DNA of 63,810 nt, filler included, from Reticulomyxa filosa (GCA_000512085.1; 17 parts of 17 records of this genome joined end to end with filler, not necessarily neighbours in it), one strand, 5' to 3'; counted from the whole stretch's first letter, positions 25,424-39,359 are shown. Program-made: numbers and translations. Notes: generated by a model not told the origin, from the letters alone.

Positions 25424-27318
25424 TGTGTTGATTTGTTTAAATAAAAGATTTGGAAAAAGAAAATTTTATGCTGTTGTTATTTACAAAGTGCAGTCAATTT
25501 GTAAGGCAAGAGAACATTGAAACTTTTTTTGTTAAATTTTTCATGTTGTTCCAGCTTTTAGAAAAAGTTGATCATCAATCTTATTAACATGGCTAATCAA
25601 GACAAAACTCTTTTGGAATGTTGAAGGAATTACACACTTCACTTTCTCAACCTTATGTGTGTTATACAAGCACGAGATCCTAAAAAAAAATTTTTGTCAA
25701 CCATTTCTGTCAACAAAGAAATATATCGTTAGTATGAAAGTGAGTATTAAAAATTTTATCACATAAACAAATACGCCCAGTTTCAGATGTTTAAAAGAAA
25801 ACATAAAGCAAATGTTTTTTTCTTCTATGTTCTGCTTGCTTCTTGCTTCTATCACAAGACAATCCATTATCACAAAGTTAGCCACTAGATTAAGCTCTTA
25901 TTATTCCTTTTTAAAAAAATAATTGTCAAGTCTGTTCTGCAAGTTCTTTCTCCAATACAATTCAACAGAGATCATTAAATTTTGTATGGTTTGAGATGTT
26001 TGAAAATTGAATACGTCATTAAATTTTTATAAACGGATATTTCTATAACAGATACATGATGAAAATTGAAATTTTTTTATTAAGTAAACAAAACAATTTT
26101 ATTCATTCAAACAAAAATAGTTTTGTTAAAGTTTAAATTCTTTATTATCGTTTGGAGCGTTCGGCGAAACTAAAAGAGTTAACTATAACTATAATATAAC
26201 ATCGAGTTGCAACAATGGAGCAATGTCCTGAAAATTACTAACCGCTCTGATCCAAAATCGGTCTCAAAAAAAAAGACATTAGCAACTTCACTAAAGTTTT
26301 CGAAGTTGTTGTGTGCATTTGTAGTATGTTAGTATGTATCCAATATTGCAGTTGACGCTTCCATTTGCGGCTCTCTCAGCTGAAGCAGAGCCAGAAAGCG
26401 AAATAGAGCAAAAGCCGATAGACTGGAAGCAACTAACACGACACTCAAATAGCGTGAGCCAGAAACAGACAATGGAGAGTTGATAACATAGAGACGAAAA
26501 AGGGGCAGTAATTATTTTCAAAAACTTAATATATCAGCACAGCGAATGGAAATGAACATGGGTCTTGTAGATATTTTGGACAATTCCATTGAATAAATGT
26601 TGTTTTTTTTCGCTAAATGTTGTACATTTATTTAGCTTTATACAAAATGCTTTTTTTTTTAAGATTGGTTTTAGTGAGTTGCCTCGTTTGCTATGAGTAT
26701 CAATAACCAAAAGATGTTTGATCTTTACACTATCACAACAAATAGCTTCAAAAGATCCTCCATTAGATTTTTGTAAATTGATAAAAAATACATTAGTAAA
26801 CGAATTTCTAGCCACTATTTGTAGGCATTCACAGTATTGCATCCATTCTAATACCAATCCATTACCATTGCTATTGCTATTGATAACATTGCTTTGTTTG
26901 AATATATGTTTGCCACGGATGAATATTAGCATTGGTATCAATATTCGTATTAGTGTGTGAAGAAGGAAGGTTAGTACAGTTTCCTTGCTGTGGATGATCC
27001 ACACTACTACCATCACTACCACCACAGTCATGTCCATTCAGGTCAGATGAAGCAGGTAATTGAATTGATATGTTTATTGCAAATTATTATGTCAATCTTT
27101 TTTTCTTTTTTTTTTTTTTTTTCTCCTTTTACTTGTTGAACATAATTATTATGTTACTTTTTTTTTCTTGCAACAATTTTATTTTCAAATGTTTTTCGTA
27201 ATCAAAAGATAGATTTTTGTAATTTAAAAAAATGTCAACTTTTTTGTTAATGTAATTTACTTATGTTATTTTTTTTTTTTTTGCAATCAACCTTTTTTTT
27301 TTTAAAAAGCAAAGAAAA

Positions 27319-28290
27319 ATGGCTAATTCAGCCTTTGAAAACTTGGAAAGATCTCCCATTCCATTTAATCAGACTCAAGGCATTTCGTATCAAAACGAAA
27401 TTCTTCTTTGTGGAGATCAAGACAAAAGGGATTGTTATTCTTATCATACAATCAAAAATGAATACAGGTTAATATGTTATTATCCAAATAATATTAATTT
27501 ATTTGGACATTGTGTATTGAAATGGGAAGAAAGTAAAGATATAATAACTTTATTATCATTTGGATCTTCCAATAATAAAAATTTTATATTGGTTATGTCT
27601 TATTCAAGTGTTTGGGATAATGTTGATGAAAATTACAATGAAAATGAAAATGGTGATAAGAATAAATGGTTGTATTTAAAAAATAAAGATGGTAATAATG
27701 TTACATTTATTGATAATGATTACAATTTAATTGGCGCAAGAGGACTAATTGGTGGAAAAAATAAAAATTTATTATTTATTACTTATTTAAGTAATATATT
27801 AGCGTATTTGATTTAAATCAATTTAAATTTATTAAACACTATTGTTTACCTATTATTAAGACAATTTGTTATCATTGTTTTATATTAAAACAAGAAAGTG
27901 AAAATGATATGATTTTATTTTGTGAAACAATAGGATTATTAATAAAATATGATGAAAAAAAAAATGAATTTGAATTTTATGATTTACCTATTTGTGATAA
28001 TATTAACAAATATGCATATTTACATTTTAATAATTCTATTTTCCTATTTGGTGGGTATCATGTGGATATTAATGCAAATATTACCATTTCAAAATTAATT
28101 TATTAATATATCATAAATGAAAAACTTTGGATAAGAATGGATCAAGAATTGCCGTTATGTTTAGCTGATTCAATCGCATTATTAAATAAAAATTATATAT
28201 ATATAATGGGAGGAAGCAATGAATCGTTTAAATTATATATTAATTTGAAAATTAATAAGAATTATTTATTTGATTACAAAGAACTTGTAC
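27319..28290 (+). pseudogene. Kelch-repeat gene with frameshift/stop
   Basis: 'PIPFNQTQGISYQNEILLCG', 'GHCVLK', 'GARGLIGG', 'FLFGG', 'YIMGG'; frame breaks at about 27800 and 28106. Confidence 0.75.
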
Positions 28291-30111
28291 GTTTATTTAT
28301 TTAATTTTGAATTTTTATGTGCTGTGATAATTTATGAAACTGTTCAAATGCACTTACATAATTTCATGTATTCCCTTCAATTGTGATGTATTGATCAATT
28401 TCTGTCAGATAACTTTGCCGATTTCAAAAAACTTGTATCTAAGCAGAACGTATGAAAGTATATTTATTTGTTTATTGAGACTGGTAATTTTGTTGAAATG
28501 AAACAGCATTTGCATTTACTACACATTTTTAAAATTTTCCATATTTTTCTTTTTTCAACGCTGTTGCTGTTTGACAGTGAACGTAGAGCGTAAGGATGAG
28601 TTATGTGTTCTTGTGATTGAATTTTTGTAAAGGTATCTTTTACGTAAAAACATCTCCACAAAAAAAATAGCAATAACAAATTGCAAGCCAGATAATGTCC
28701 ATACATATTTCAAATTCATCAATCATTTTTTGTTCTTCCTACTTTCATTTGCACAGTTATAACTCAAATTATGCAATAACATAATTTCCAGAGTTTCGAA
28801 AGAATAGTTCTTTTCTATTTCTTTCTTTTTTTCAACATTTAACGAGCAATTGTACATAAATGATATTAAGAATGTAATAATATGTTTTAAATGTTTTTAT
28901 TCTTTTTATTGATTCTACGCTGTGAACATTTTCCTGTCTTTGCGTCATTTTTATGCTCGTATAAAATGATGTTTTTCTAAATAATACATCAATTATTTTT
29001 ATTTCAAAAAAATTCGAGTATTCGATATGCTGAAGAAATATGTCTCTTTTATAATTACAAAAAATCCGATATTGAAGATAACTTTCAGATACTCAGAGCC
29101 GCAATGGATACAGTTGTATTCATCTGAACGAGTTGCAATGAGAAAAGTACACTTATTCAAAGAGATATTCAAAATATTCGAAAAAAATGTCAAAACAAAA
29201 AAGTCTATGAAATTTGTGTTGCATTTAATAGTAAAGACATTAATTAAAATCAAATTATGAATAGATTTTGGAGTGATTCAAAAGGTGCAGACATTGANNN
29301 NNNNNNNNNNNNNNNNNNNNNNNNNNNNNNNNNNNNNNNNNTTAATTAATTAANNNNNNNNNNNNNNNNNNNNNNNNNNNNNNNNNNNNNNNNNNNNTAA
29401 GTAAAACGTAAATTGAGAAGAAAGGAAAGGAAAGAGACAAAGGAAAAAGAAAGTTTAGCCTACTGGGGATTCCTCAGTTCCATTTATGTTCAAGTATTTA
29501 TAGTAGGGACTTGTCCTACAAATGTAAGAAAACACACACAAAAAAAGTATGGAAAAATAAGTTTTGTTAGTTGTTTTCTAAGTCAAATGAATTTCCTTTA
29601 CACTGCACCTAATAAAAAAACTTGCTTTTCTATAACTTCAAATTATATGCTAAAATCTCCATTTTAAAGATGAATGCATCTCACTCATAAAAGTGTTTTT
29701 TTAAATGTTGGCCAAACACACATATTCACTTCATTTATTTTTCGATCAAATTAAAAAACAAAAATTTTTTATAAAGACATAACGTCTTTTTTTAAGATTG
29801 AAAATATTTTTTTCAAGAAACAGCGTGCCAGATGTCCATATTCCGATTATATTAAATTGACACATGTGATACTAATGCTGATGAAAACGGCACTAACAAC
29901 ATTGCAACACCAATATCTTTTTATTTTAGAGTTACATCCGTATTTGCTATTGCTTGAAGATCGAATAGTTATATAATGTCATTCTACAAACACATCAAAT
30001 TGTATAAAATGTTAAAAATATATTTTAAAAAATATAAAGTGTACAAAGATATATGTTTTGCTAGGAACTCTTGACTTTGCACGTCACCCAACGCATGGCC
30101 AGATATAATGT

Positions 30112-30345
30112 CTACATTATATCATAACATGCACCAAGTGACCATTGGCCAACGTTTTGCAGTGTATATCGCAACCGTTCGTGACAGCTACAGTACCTTG
30201 GTGCTTCCATAACAAAATCGCCAAAATTTGAAAGAACAGCACTGTCTGACATTTCTTCCGGACTTTTAACTTGTGTTGCTGTCAACTCGAATATGGTCGT
30301 CCATCTCGCCATCATTTCACAAATTCCGTCCTTAAAGTTGGACAT
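30112..30345 (-). pseudogene. Possible HOOK/Girdin-type calponin-homology N-terminus remnant
   Basis: 'MARWTTIFELTATQVKSPEEMSDSAVL' loosely matches the W-x-x-x-F...eLsDG pattern; the frame closes early. Confidence 0.25.
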
Positions 30346-30805
30346 TATGGCAGCAAGACATAAAAAACAATGACAACGATAACAAAAAAGATCTTCAATC
30401 GTTGTGTAAAATGTTCACTTTCCTTTTTTTTTGTAAAACTGTGTTTAGTTTGTTTTATGCGCTTTTACATAAAAGTTTCAAAGCGACACCAACTTCTTAA
30501 AAAAAATGTTGGAGAAAAATTTTGAAAGTGCAATTTTGCATTGATAGAACGAAGATGATAAAGTGAATAAATAGTCCTAAATTGGAAAGTTCCTTTTTCA
30601 AAAGGACACACTGACAGTGTGTAAACACTTGACAGAAAATGGAAAAAATATGTTCCACAGACGCCTACAAGAAAAAAATAAGAAGCCTTTTGATATTTCC
30701 AATCCCAAGGTGCGTAACATTTAACAAATTTTGCAAAAAACAATATCTAACCAAAGATTTTTTTTTTTACGTGAGAAGTGTTTGATTTTACCAGTGGGCA
30801 GCTTC

Positions 30806-31350
30806 CTACATGATAAGACAGCCAGATGACTCTTTGTCAGTACCATATTTTTTATTCCATGTCTGAAGCTCCTTTTCGTACTCAACACATTTATCTTCAT
30901 ACCATTTCGGAGGCCATCGATGTTCCTCCACATACTTTTTGTTATCTCCTTGCAAAAGTTCAAACTCTTTTCTTTTTCTGAGAGGAGCATAATTGGTGCT
31001 GATGAAATGCAAGCAAAAATCACTGAGTTGTCTTGCATTGTGTTTTTGAGCCAACAAAAGTAGTCCAATGACATCAAAGTTGGACTTTTCAATTTTTTCT
31101 GTGCACGCCTTTTCAACAACTTTGCTCATGCGATATTCACACCACGAAAGCAAGCGAGAAACTCGGAAGCGATTGCTTAACATTAACAAATCCAATGCGT
31201 GTTTGTCTTCAAACTCGGCATGATCCGAGTACAAATATTGCAAAAACGATTCAAACACGGGCTTTTTGACGTCTGGAATCAGTACTTTCTTTTCTTTGCT
31301 TTCTTTGTAATGACCGTCCAACATGGCTTGAAATACCTCACATCGACACC
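30806..31350 (-). CDS. RHOBTB: RhoBTB-family protein, C-terminal BTB domain and tail (5' partial)
   Basis: BTB 'FESFLQYLYSD...LLMLSNRFRVSRL', 'AQKHNARQLSDFCLHFISTNY', the RhoBTB-typical 'EEHRWPPKWY' and a terminal CaaX box 'CLIM'. Confidence 0.88.
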
Positions 31351-31487
31351 ACGGGATTATCTTTTGTATTGTTTTTTTCCAAAAAAANNNNNNNNNNNNN
31401 NNNNNNNNNNNNNNNNNNNNNNNNNNNNNNNTTAATTAATTAANNNNNNNNNNNNNNNNNNNNNNNNNNNNNNNNNNNNNNNNNNNN

Positions 31488-32165
31488 AAACAAAAAATAA
31501 TTTTCATTGGTTCGACCGCCGAAAACGTAAACCCATTGTCCGACGGAATCAATGAACGCAAAGTGGTAGTCTCTGCCCGTCCGCAGACATGTCGTGTCTT
31601 GCAACACTTCGTTGCCGTTAAAAAAAAAAAAAAAAAGGGGGAGAATGCTAAAATTTTGATGAGAATGCCAATATAACAAATGAATATATATATATATATT
31701 GGAAAGGGTAATTAGTTATACCATACTTATCCCATGTGGAAATACTGTCTTTGCTGGTGTCGTATGTTATCACGTCGGTACAGTACTGTGCGTTCACCCC
31801 GTTGCCGTTGTCATCTGGGGTATATTTGCCCACTATCATATACACCGTTTTGTTCAGTTGTCCAAAGGCCATGTTGGCACGAGGAGTGGGCAGACGTGAT
31901 GTATACTGCCATTTAGAAACACCATCGTCTAGATTTTTTTGTTATTGTTGTTGTTGTTGTAAAATCTTCTTTTTACTTGGTTTTTTTTTTTTTTGAAAAG
32001 CAAAGTCAATACGAAAACAATAAAAGGGTCCATTTAAGTGTTCCCAGAGGCAAAGAGAAGGCCAATTGCTTTCCGAATGCAAACACCTGGACATGAAGTC
32101 ACCACTGCAAACGAATGACGGACATGTACAACTGACACTAAGAAAAGCCAAAACAGCTGCGACAT
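31488..32165 (-). CDS. Secreted Kelch/beta-propeller protein (3' partial)
   Basis: ATG at 32165 gives signal-peptide-like MSQLFWLFLVSVVHVRHSFA, spliced to 'KWQYTSRLPTPRANMAFGQLNKTVYMIVG' and 'GRDYHFAFIDSVGQWVYVFGG'. Confidence 0.65.
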
Positions 32166-32582
32166 GACAACATTCGATGGTAGAGTTTTTTATTCCCTTC
32201 AGGTCACTACTCAAAACAAACTTCTCACGGAGACCAAAGCACTTTACAGGCACTGTGCGTGCAAGAAAATTAATAGTTACATGTCTCTGCCTTCACCTTT
32301 TTCCCTCCACCAGTCAGTTTCTGAAATATATTTACAATTAGTTACTCTTAACTGGTAATCTGTCCAAATTGTATTTTGAACATAGTAATAAATTGAAGTC
32401 ATTATCAAAATTAAGCAAGACTGTTTAAAAAGATTCATTCATTTAAAAAATATACATAAGAAGTGAGAACGTAAGTTAGAGTTTGTAGAGTTGAAGAAAG
32501 AGACAGAAGGAACAAAGTGTTCGTTATTTCGTTGAACTTGTTGACAATAAAAAACTCTTTGTGTTGATTAGAACAGCTAAAA

Positions 32583-32974
32583 ATGTCAAGTGTGCTAGAC
32601 TTGAAAAGTGGCGACACTCTTTCGGTTGCAACAAAGTATTATTCAAGTGAACTCTCAAAAAGACCTTTGTCAACACTGTTAGGTTACGAACTTGACAGAA
32701 AAAATATAAAGGAAACAATAGAATTATTGAAAGTATTAGAAAATGAAATAATAGGAGTATGGTTATTATCAAGACCAATAAGATCAGGAATAGGAAAAAA
32801 TAGATTTGATCATTGGTGTGTTAAAATACACACAGGACAAACAATTTTAGAATTGGATTTTGGAGAAAGACAAACACAAGGAGTAATTGGTTTTTATCAT
32901 GAAAATGCAATACCAGCATTATCATTAGATTCTTTGTATTATAGAATAATTATTGAAAAAAAAGATAAAAAAGA
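32583..32974 (+). CDS. Uncharacterised protein (3' partial), possibly permuted papain-like (LRAT/PPPDE-like)
   Basis: Open frame to the contig end with 'VWLLSRPI...FDHWCVKI...LELDFG'. Confidence 0.45.
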
Positions 32975-33329
32975 NNNNNNNNNNNNNNNNNNNNNNNNNN
33001 NNNNNNNNNNNNNNNNNNTTAATTAATTAANNNNNNNNNNNNNNNNNNNNNNNNNNNNNNNNNNNNNNNNNNNNATTTCAAAAAATCATATTTTTCATCA
33101 ACCTAGAAAAAACTTATTATAAAACCAATTTCATATTTAAAAACTACAAAATTAGTATATATTTTTTTTAAAAAAATATGTTTAAATCTTTATTTTTCAT
33201 TGAGAAAATCGATTCTCTTCATATAATGCCATTTAGTTATTGCATTTTTTTTTGTAATATACTGTATATTTATGTATATATGTTGTATATGAATTTTTTT
33301 TTGTCAAAACATTGTCATCTTCTTTTAAT

Positions 33330-34330
33330 TGAATTATTATGTTATTTGTTGTTGCAGTGGTGTTCCATTTTAATATCGATCGTGGTTTTCTGTTGTATTT
33401 TTGATACTTTAGCCAGTGCCTTACAATTTGCCCAAGTTCATAATATTCATAAAGATAAGTTTTGTTTCTGTTTAAACTTTGGAATACTCAAAGAGTCTTC
33501 TTTGTCGCTGTCGTTTTCCCAAATCCCTTGTGATCCTTTGCTTTTTTCTGTGTTGCAGTTTCTACAATAAACTTTGTCGTGAAAGGTCTAGCGACTAGTT
33601 TGTACTATCATTTTCATCATACGTATTAGAAGATAATCATGCTGACTGTGACTTGACAATGGAAGCCACTTTGGAGGCAGAAGCAGATAAGACACTTTTG
33701 GAACATCATTATTCGCTAGCGTCGATATTGTGATACTAATCTTGGCTGACTTCGGACTTACCGGAGTACTTGCAGTCACATTCGACGTTGAAATGGTTTT
33801 CGAAGATGCAATAGACTTAGTATTGATCATAGTTGTTGTAGTCGTAGTCATATTATTGTCCATTTTGCGCAGATGGCTTATTTGTTGATCCTCTGCCACT
33901 GGCGTTGCCATGTCTTTCTTTCTGAACTTATTGTAACCTTCGTGCTTACTGGCGTAAACAGAACTGCGCTCACGCGTTGCTAAACGAAAATGCAGACTCT
34001 GGTTGATTCGGACTCGTCGACTCCGGTCTTATTTTTGTCTCTTGGGTCGTCTTGACTCTCTTTTCAGTTGACATCTCATAGTTGCTTTCATTGCCACTGC
34101 TATATCGAAATGCCATTAATTGCGTTGTTATTAAGGTCGTTCTTCCCTTTTTTATTGCTTGGGACGATAACGACTTCGCTTTGCTTTCCGTCGTGGCTTT
34201 TTCCGACCTTTTTGCTATATTTGCGTTTGTGTCAACATTCTCGTTGCTTCGCATGTTCACACGTGGAGACAACTCTTCATCACTTGCTTCCTCTTTTGTT
34301 GGGTGGTATGTCATTGGCTTGTGAGAGGTG
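33330..34330 (-). pseudogene. Low-complexity Ser/Thr/Lys-rich coding sequence with frame breaks
   Basis: Consecutive minus-strand ORFs 33970-34314 and 33588-33911 with disordered composition. Confidence 0.4.
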
Positions 34331-34660
34331 TTTCTCCGCTCACGCTCATATAACAGTCACTTTAACTTTTTAAATTTTATTTGGGGTATCGTCGGTACGC
34401 AAAATTAGTGGATAGAGAAATTAGTCTTTGATATCTCTACACCTCAAAACACAAAAGCTTTAAAAAAATAATACTAATACATATTTATTTCATTTTATAT
34501 TGAAACATGATCTTTATTTGATTAAAGATGTTTATTTCTGTTTCTAGAATAATTTTGTGACAAAAAAAAAGGTAAAGATCGACAATAATATTTATCAAAA
34601 TAAAGGCACATTTTTGCAAACAAGTAACAAAAAAATTTTATCTTATATTGAAATGTGCTT

Positions 34661-37600
34661 CTACTCCAGTTTCCATTGTTGGATTGTTTCATCAACTGAT
34701 ATTGAAAAGGTTTCACCGTCTGGTGCAATATATTTAACAGATTCCCCTTTGAATTCTTGTATTACAGTTTCTGACTGCGCATGCCATAATTGGATATTAT
34801 CCTTCAAACATAACATAATGATTGTGCCATCCGGAAAAACCGAACGTCGTTTATTTTAGAACGTCCTTTCAAGCTAGTGGATCTTCTCGACTCCAAATCC
34901 CACATTAATGTTTCTCTCTTTGAATAAGACACAAGAGAACGACCATCGGGTGAAAATTGTACACCTGTTTTGTGTTTATGAGATGACTCTTTTCCCAGAA
35001 AGATTTTTTTTTTGATTTTACATCCCATATTTGGACTGTTCCATTTCTATAACCAAAAGCAATCATTCCCCCATCTGGTGAGAATTGAGGAGTTGTCACA
35101 CAAGCTCGAAATTCAGTAATTTGTTCACCTAGCGTATTCCACAATACAAAGGTATTGCCTTCTGAACGTAATATCATTTTGCCATCAGGTGAATGTATTG
35201 GAGCTGAATGTCTAGTTTTCTTTACTGCAGTATTTTTGACATGAGGAGCATCCCGAGAATTCTTGTCATCGGACGGACATTTTGGTTTAAAGCATCTTCC
35301 CTATTTATTGTATTAATTATTGTCACATATCTTCAACAATGAAACAAATATTACCACGACATACCACGATATACTTTGCAATGATAATATTAAGGTCATT
35401 AATGCAATAAAGTGAACTGGTCCACCATTTCATTATTTTGTTAACTTCTTCTGTTTTCTTTTATAAATATTATTTATCACAACATGTGTCAATTCTATGC
35501 TTTATAAAGAAGATAGCACAGAGAAAATACTTAACTTTTAATTTTTTTATTGTAGGTTTTTGCATTTCGTTTAATTCTTCTTTGATGCTATTTATACCTT
35601 TTTTAATTTCTCTTTTGATCTCTAGCGACTCTCTCTCTATCCATTCTCTCTCTAGTTTTGTCTCTTCAGCCATCAATTCCTCCGTTCTCTTTTTTATATG
35701 TATGGAAAGTATACTCTCGTTTGCTCCTCCGATAACATGTATATATTTGCCTCTGTTCAATACTGCAACGCAATATCTTAATGGTATGGGTAAAGTTTGT
35801 TCAAGTTTTGTCCATTCATGTTTTGTAATGGAATATCTGTGCACTTCTCTTGAAGTACTATCCTTATTTTTTCCACCAAAAAACAAAATGAAATCACTAA
35901 TACAAACAAACCCATAGCAGCTTAATGATCTCATAGTTGTGCACACTCTTGCAGTAAAAAATATAAATATGTTCCGATCTTCTTCATACTCAATTTCTAA
36001 TCCTTTATCTTTGTGAAACAATAACATGTTGTGTATATTTGTATTATCCTTCAATTTTGATGATGCAGGCACAAAACAATGATCTCTCATTTTATGAACT
36101 GGTAACACGGCATGTTTAACAACTCGAAATGTATGTAGATTGAATACAGTAATATTATTTGGAAAATTGGTGATAAACAATAAATGATTGTTACTTCCAC
36201 TAATTATTGCTCGTGCTCCACGATAATCACCATCACTCATTCCAATATGAACTGGCTTGTTATTATTGTCGGTAAAAGGTATCCATTGATTGGAATGATT
36301 TGTCTTATGTCGATTGTTCCAAATACTACTGTATTGCATCACTAATGTATGTTTTGCTCCAAAAAATAACAGAGTAATTCCATCTGAATTATTCTTGTTT
36401 AGCTTCACACAATAGCCGTCTCTTTGGACATTATCTAGATTGCAAACATGCTTGTACTCACATTTAAGTGTATGATAAGAATAGCACGCATTTTCTACAA
36501 AAATCAATATTTCATCATCATGGGAAATGCATTGATGTTTATACATTGAAATGGGCAAATCAATCAAAGGAAAAAAGGGTAAGCATGCATCAACCTCATC
36601 AGATGGATTATCAACCTCATCAGATGGGTCATCATCATCATCATCATCATCATCAAATGGGTCTTTCTCTCCAAACGGTAAGCCGTCACAAATAGTCAAT
36701 AGCATTGATTTTTGTATTGGAGTGCCTTTTTTCAAAAACCCTTTATCAAAAAGAAACATATAAAACGAATTAACATTATCATTGCAGCAACGTTGGCTCT
36801 GAAATTTATTTTTCTGTGTTTTATATTTTTCTTTGTTGATATTGTCCTTCTCCCATTCTTCGAGTAGAGACAAGTTTAGAAAATTTTCTTCAGTGTTTGC
36901 TTGGAATTCTTTTGATATCAGATAAATAAGATTCATATCATCGAAAAAATGCTTTCCTTTCTTTATTTGGATTGCTAGTCGTTTGAAGTAATCATATTTG
37001 GCTGATGTGAGGAACGCTTTTTGTTCTCTCATATCTACTTTTACATTAAACGTGAATTGTTTTTCATCATCTTTTTGTTGGACTTTATCAATTGCCTTGA
37101 ATGATCTTGCAAATACAATTCTATTGCCATTGTTTGGAGATATCCATGATAAACAACAGCTGGCAATGTCAGGTGCCCTTCTCATAGAATAATGAAAATA
37201 TAAAATCATTTCGTCATCAGAGGTATCTTCATCTTCGCGAAAATCGGAAACAGATACATATGTGGTAAAATATCCTGGCTTGAATTTTTGTTTATATTGT
37301 CGTAATTTCACTTTGCAATACAGATTTGTATCAGTCTCTTCGATCCTTTCGTACTTGTGCAGAATGCGAATAGCTTCCTGCAAATACCAATCCAAATAAG
37401 ACCATTTTTTATACTTGAATTGCATTTGATCAGATATGAATGCAGCATAACATGATTCATTACAGTACAGCAATAGTGCACACAAGTGATGTAATTGAAG
37501 TGGATATCCCATATATTTATGCAGCTCATGATAATATAATTCCTTTATTTCATCCATTGTTAGAAATATACTTGGATCGTGTTCAATATAATCACTTTCA

Positions 37601-38968
37601 TAATCTGTGTATTCAATCTTATGTAAAGCAACATAAGCTTCATGGAGCATTTTGTCAATAGCATCTTCAACAGATAAATTCGGATATCCAGGATCTTGAA
37701 TAAGTTTGTAATTTTTCGTGTCACATATAGGCAGAGACGAATAAGGATTGGACGCTGCAAATCTGCTTGGTAAAATGTCTGCACTGATAGTGTGTTTGTA
37801 GTGGACAATATACTTATCCATTGGATAATGAGAAATATCACATAGCGATGAGTGTTCTTTTTCTTCCCATTGTTGGCACAATTCTTCCACGGCCATACAG
37901 TGACCATTACAAGGCTCTTTGTGGATTTGCGAATCGTTGTCTTCCAACATGATCTCGGGGGAATTGAATTTCTACGTTTGTATGTATTGTGACTATTTAA
38001 TACTAAATTCCCTATTTTTATTATTTGTGAAAATGTATATTCGACCACAATTAACAGAAAAAATATTTGATAGATGCTCTCTCTCTGTAGCATTTTCCGT
38101 GCGAAAGTACCATGTGCCATTGAGAATAAGACAGGCCCACTTGGCATGCGTGACATTATCGATAGGGTCGCACGATTCAATATGAACATTGAATTTCAAT
38201 GATGCTTTTTTGTTATCATCAATTCGTATCATTTCTATTTTCGATTTGTTTTCATCAAATAACATAAGTGCTCGATGTTGATAATTAAATACAGCTGTAT
38301 ATTTGTTCCATTGTTCGCTTTCTTGCATGATCACAGTCTCTATTTTAACATTTAGTGGTCTATATATATTTATATTTATTTATATTTATTTATATTTTTA
38401 TATATTCAAAGTGTTATTTTTTAAATATTTTTAAACATGCTTTCAAGAAATAACACATAGCTTTAGATTAGCCCATTTATAATAGTGATTCCACAACGAC
38501 AATAATTCGACATTCTTTCGGTAATAGCAATTTCCGTCTTTTTGAATTCCAAATCCCTCCAGGCAATATATTACATTCATTAGAGTATCATCTTCATCTA
38601 CATCCAAACTTTGACACTCCGTTTTTACAGCTTTGCGTAAATCGTGTTCAGTGATTTGATAAGATGCATTCTCTGCTAGATTCGTTAAGAAGCGCCATAA
38701 TATATCTTGACAAATGATCGGTGTAGGGTTTCTATTGTGTTATAGAACAGTGAAATTAAATTCTGCAATAAATACTTTTTCTTAGTTAACCAGTGCTATG
38801 TATGTTCATACAAAAAGCTAACTTCTCGGGACCAGGGATGTCTTCCGAAGTCAAATCTGCAAATGTGTCAGCGTAATTGTCTTTATTCGCTTCAAATTGT
38901 TTCTGGATCTTTGACATGCTTGTCCTAGTAAAGGTTTTGCTTAAAAGCTGTTGTTTGTTCATGACCAC
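34661..38968 (-). CDS. Mosaic protein: N-domain + PH-like + ADP-ribosyltransferase-like + Kelch + WD40
   Basis: PH-like exon (38334-38050, ending 'WYFRTENATEREHLSNIF'). A 2.5-kb exon carries ART-like 'ALLLYC...LYC...GYFTTYVSVS...MILYF...LSWISP...IVFARS' and Kelch blades 'GARAIISG', 'FFGG', 'HVIGG'. Linker exon 'IMKWWTSSLYCINDLNIIIAKYI', then WD40 exons with two homopolymer frameshifts; stop at 34661. Confidence 0.75.
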
Positions 38969-39359
38969 TTATTATTATTATTAATATTTATTATTCCGAG
39001 CCTGAAAAAAAGGAGTACACGAACCAGTCGCTCGTTGTCACAAAAACCAAAAGAAGAACAATATTACAAATACAAAAAAAGTGCAATTAAAATAAATATT
39101 GAAAACGTGGTGAAATATGTTTTATTTATGAATAAGTGAATAGTTGTTGTCAATGGATGAATGTAATATATTGAAGAAAACAAGAAATTAAACAGTGTTT
39201 CATGCATGAAGTAATATAATTAGTTTTTGGAACCGAATGTAACTACATATTACACGTAAGTAATCCAAAAAAAAAAAAAACATTATAATCGAATTTGCAC
39301 AAATTATGGAGAAAGAAAAAAAAAAAAAGAAAAAAAATCTTAGTTTTTAGGATTCAAGA

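Noticed and set aside
26200-27060. ORFs 26291-26521 and 26534-27037
   Set aside because: No recognisable domain and stops in all plausible frames; at most an unidentifiable relic.
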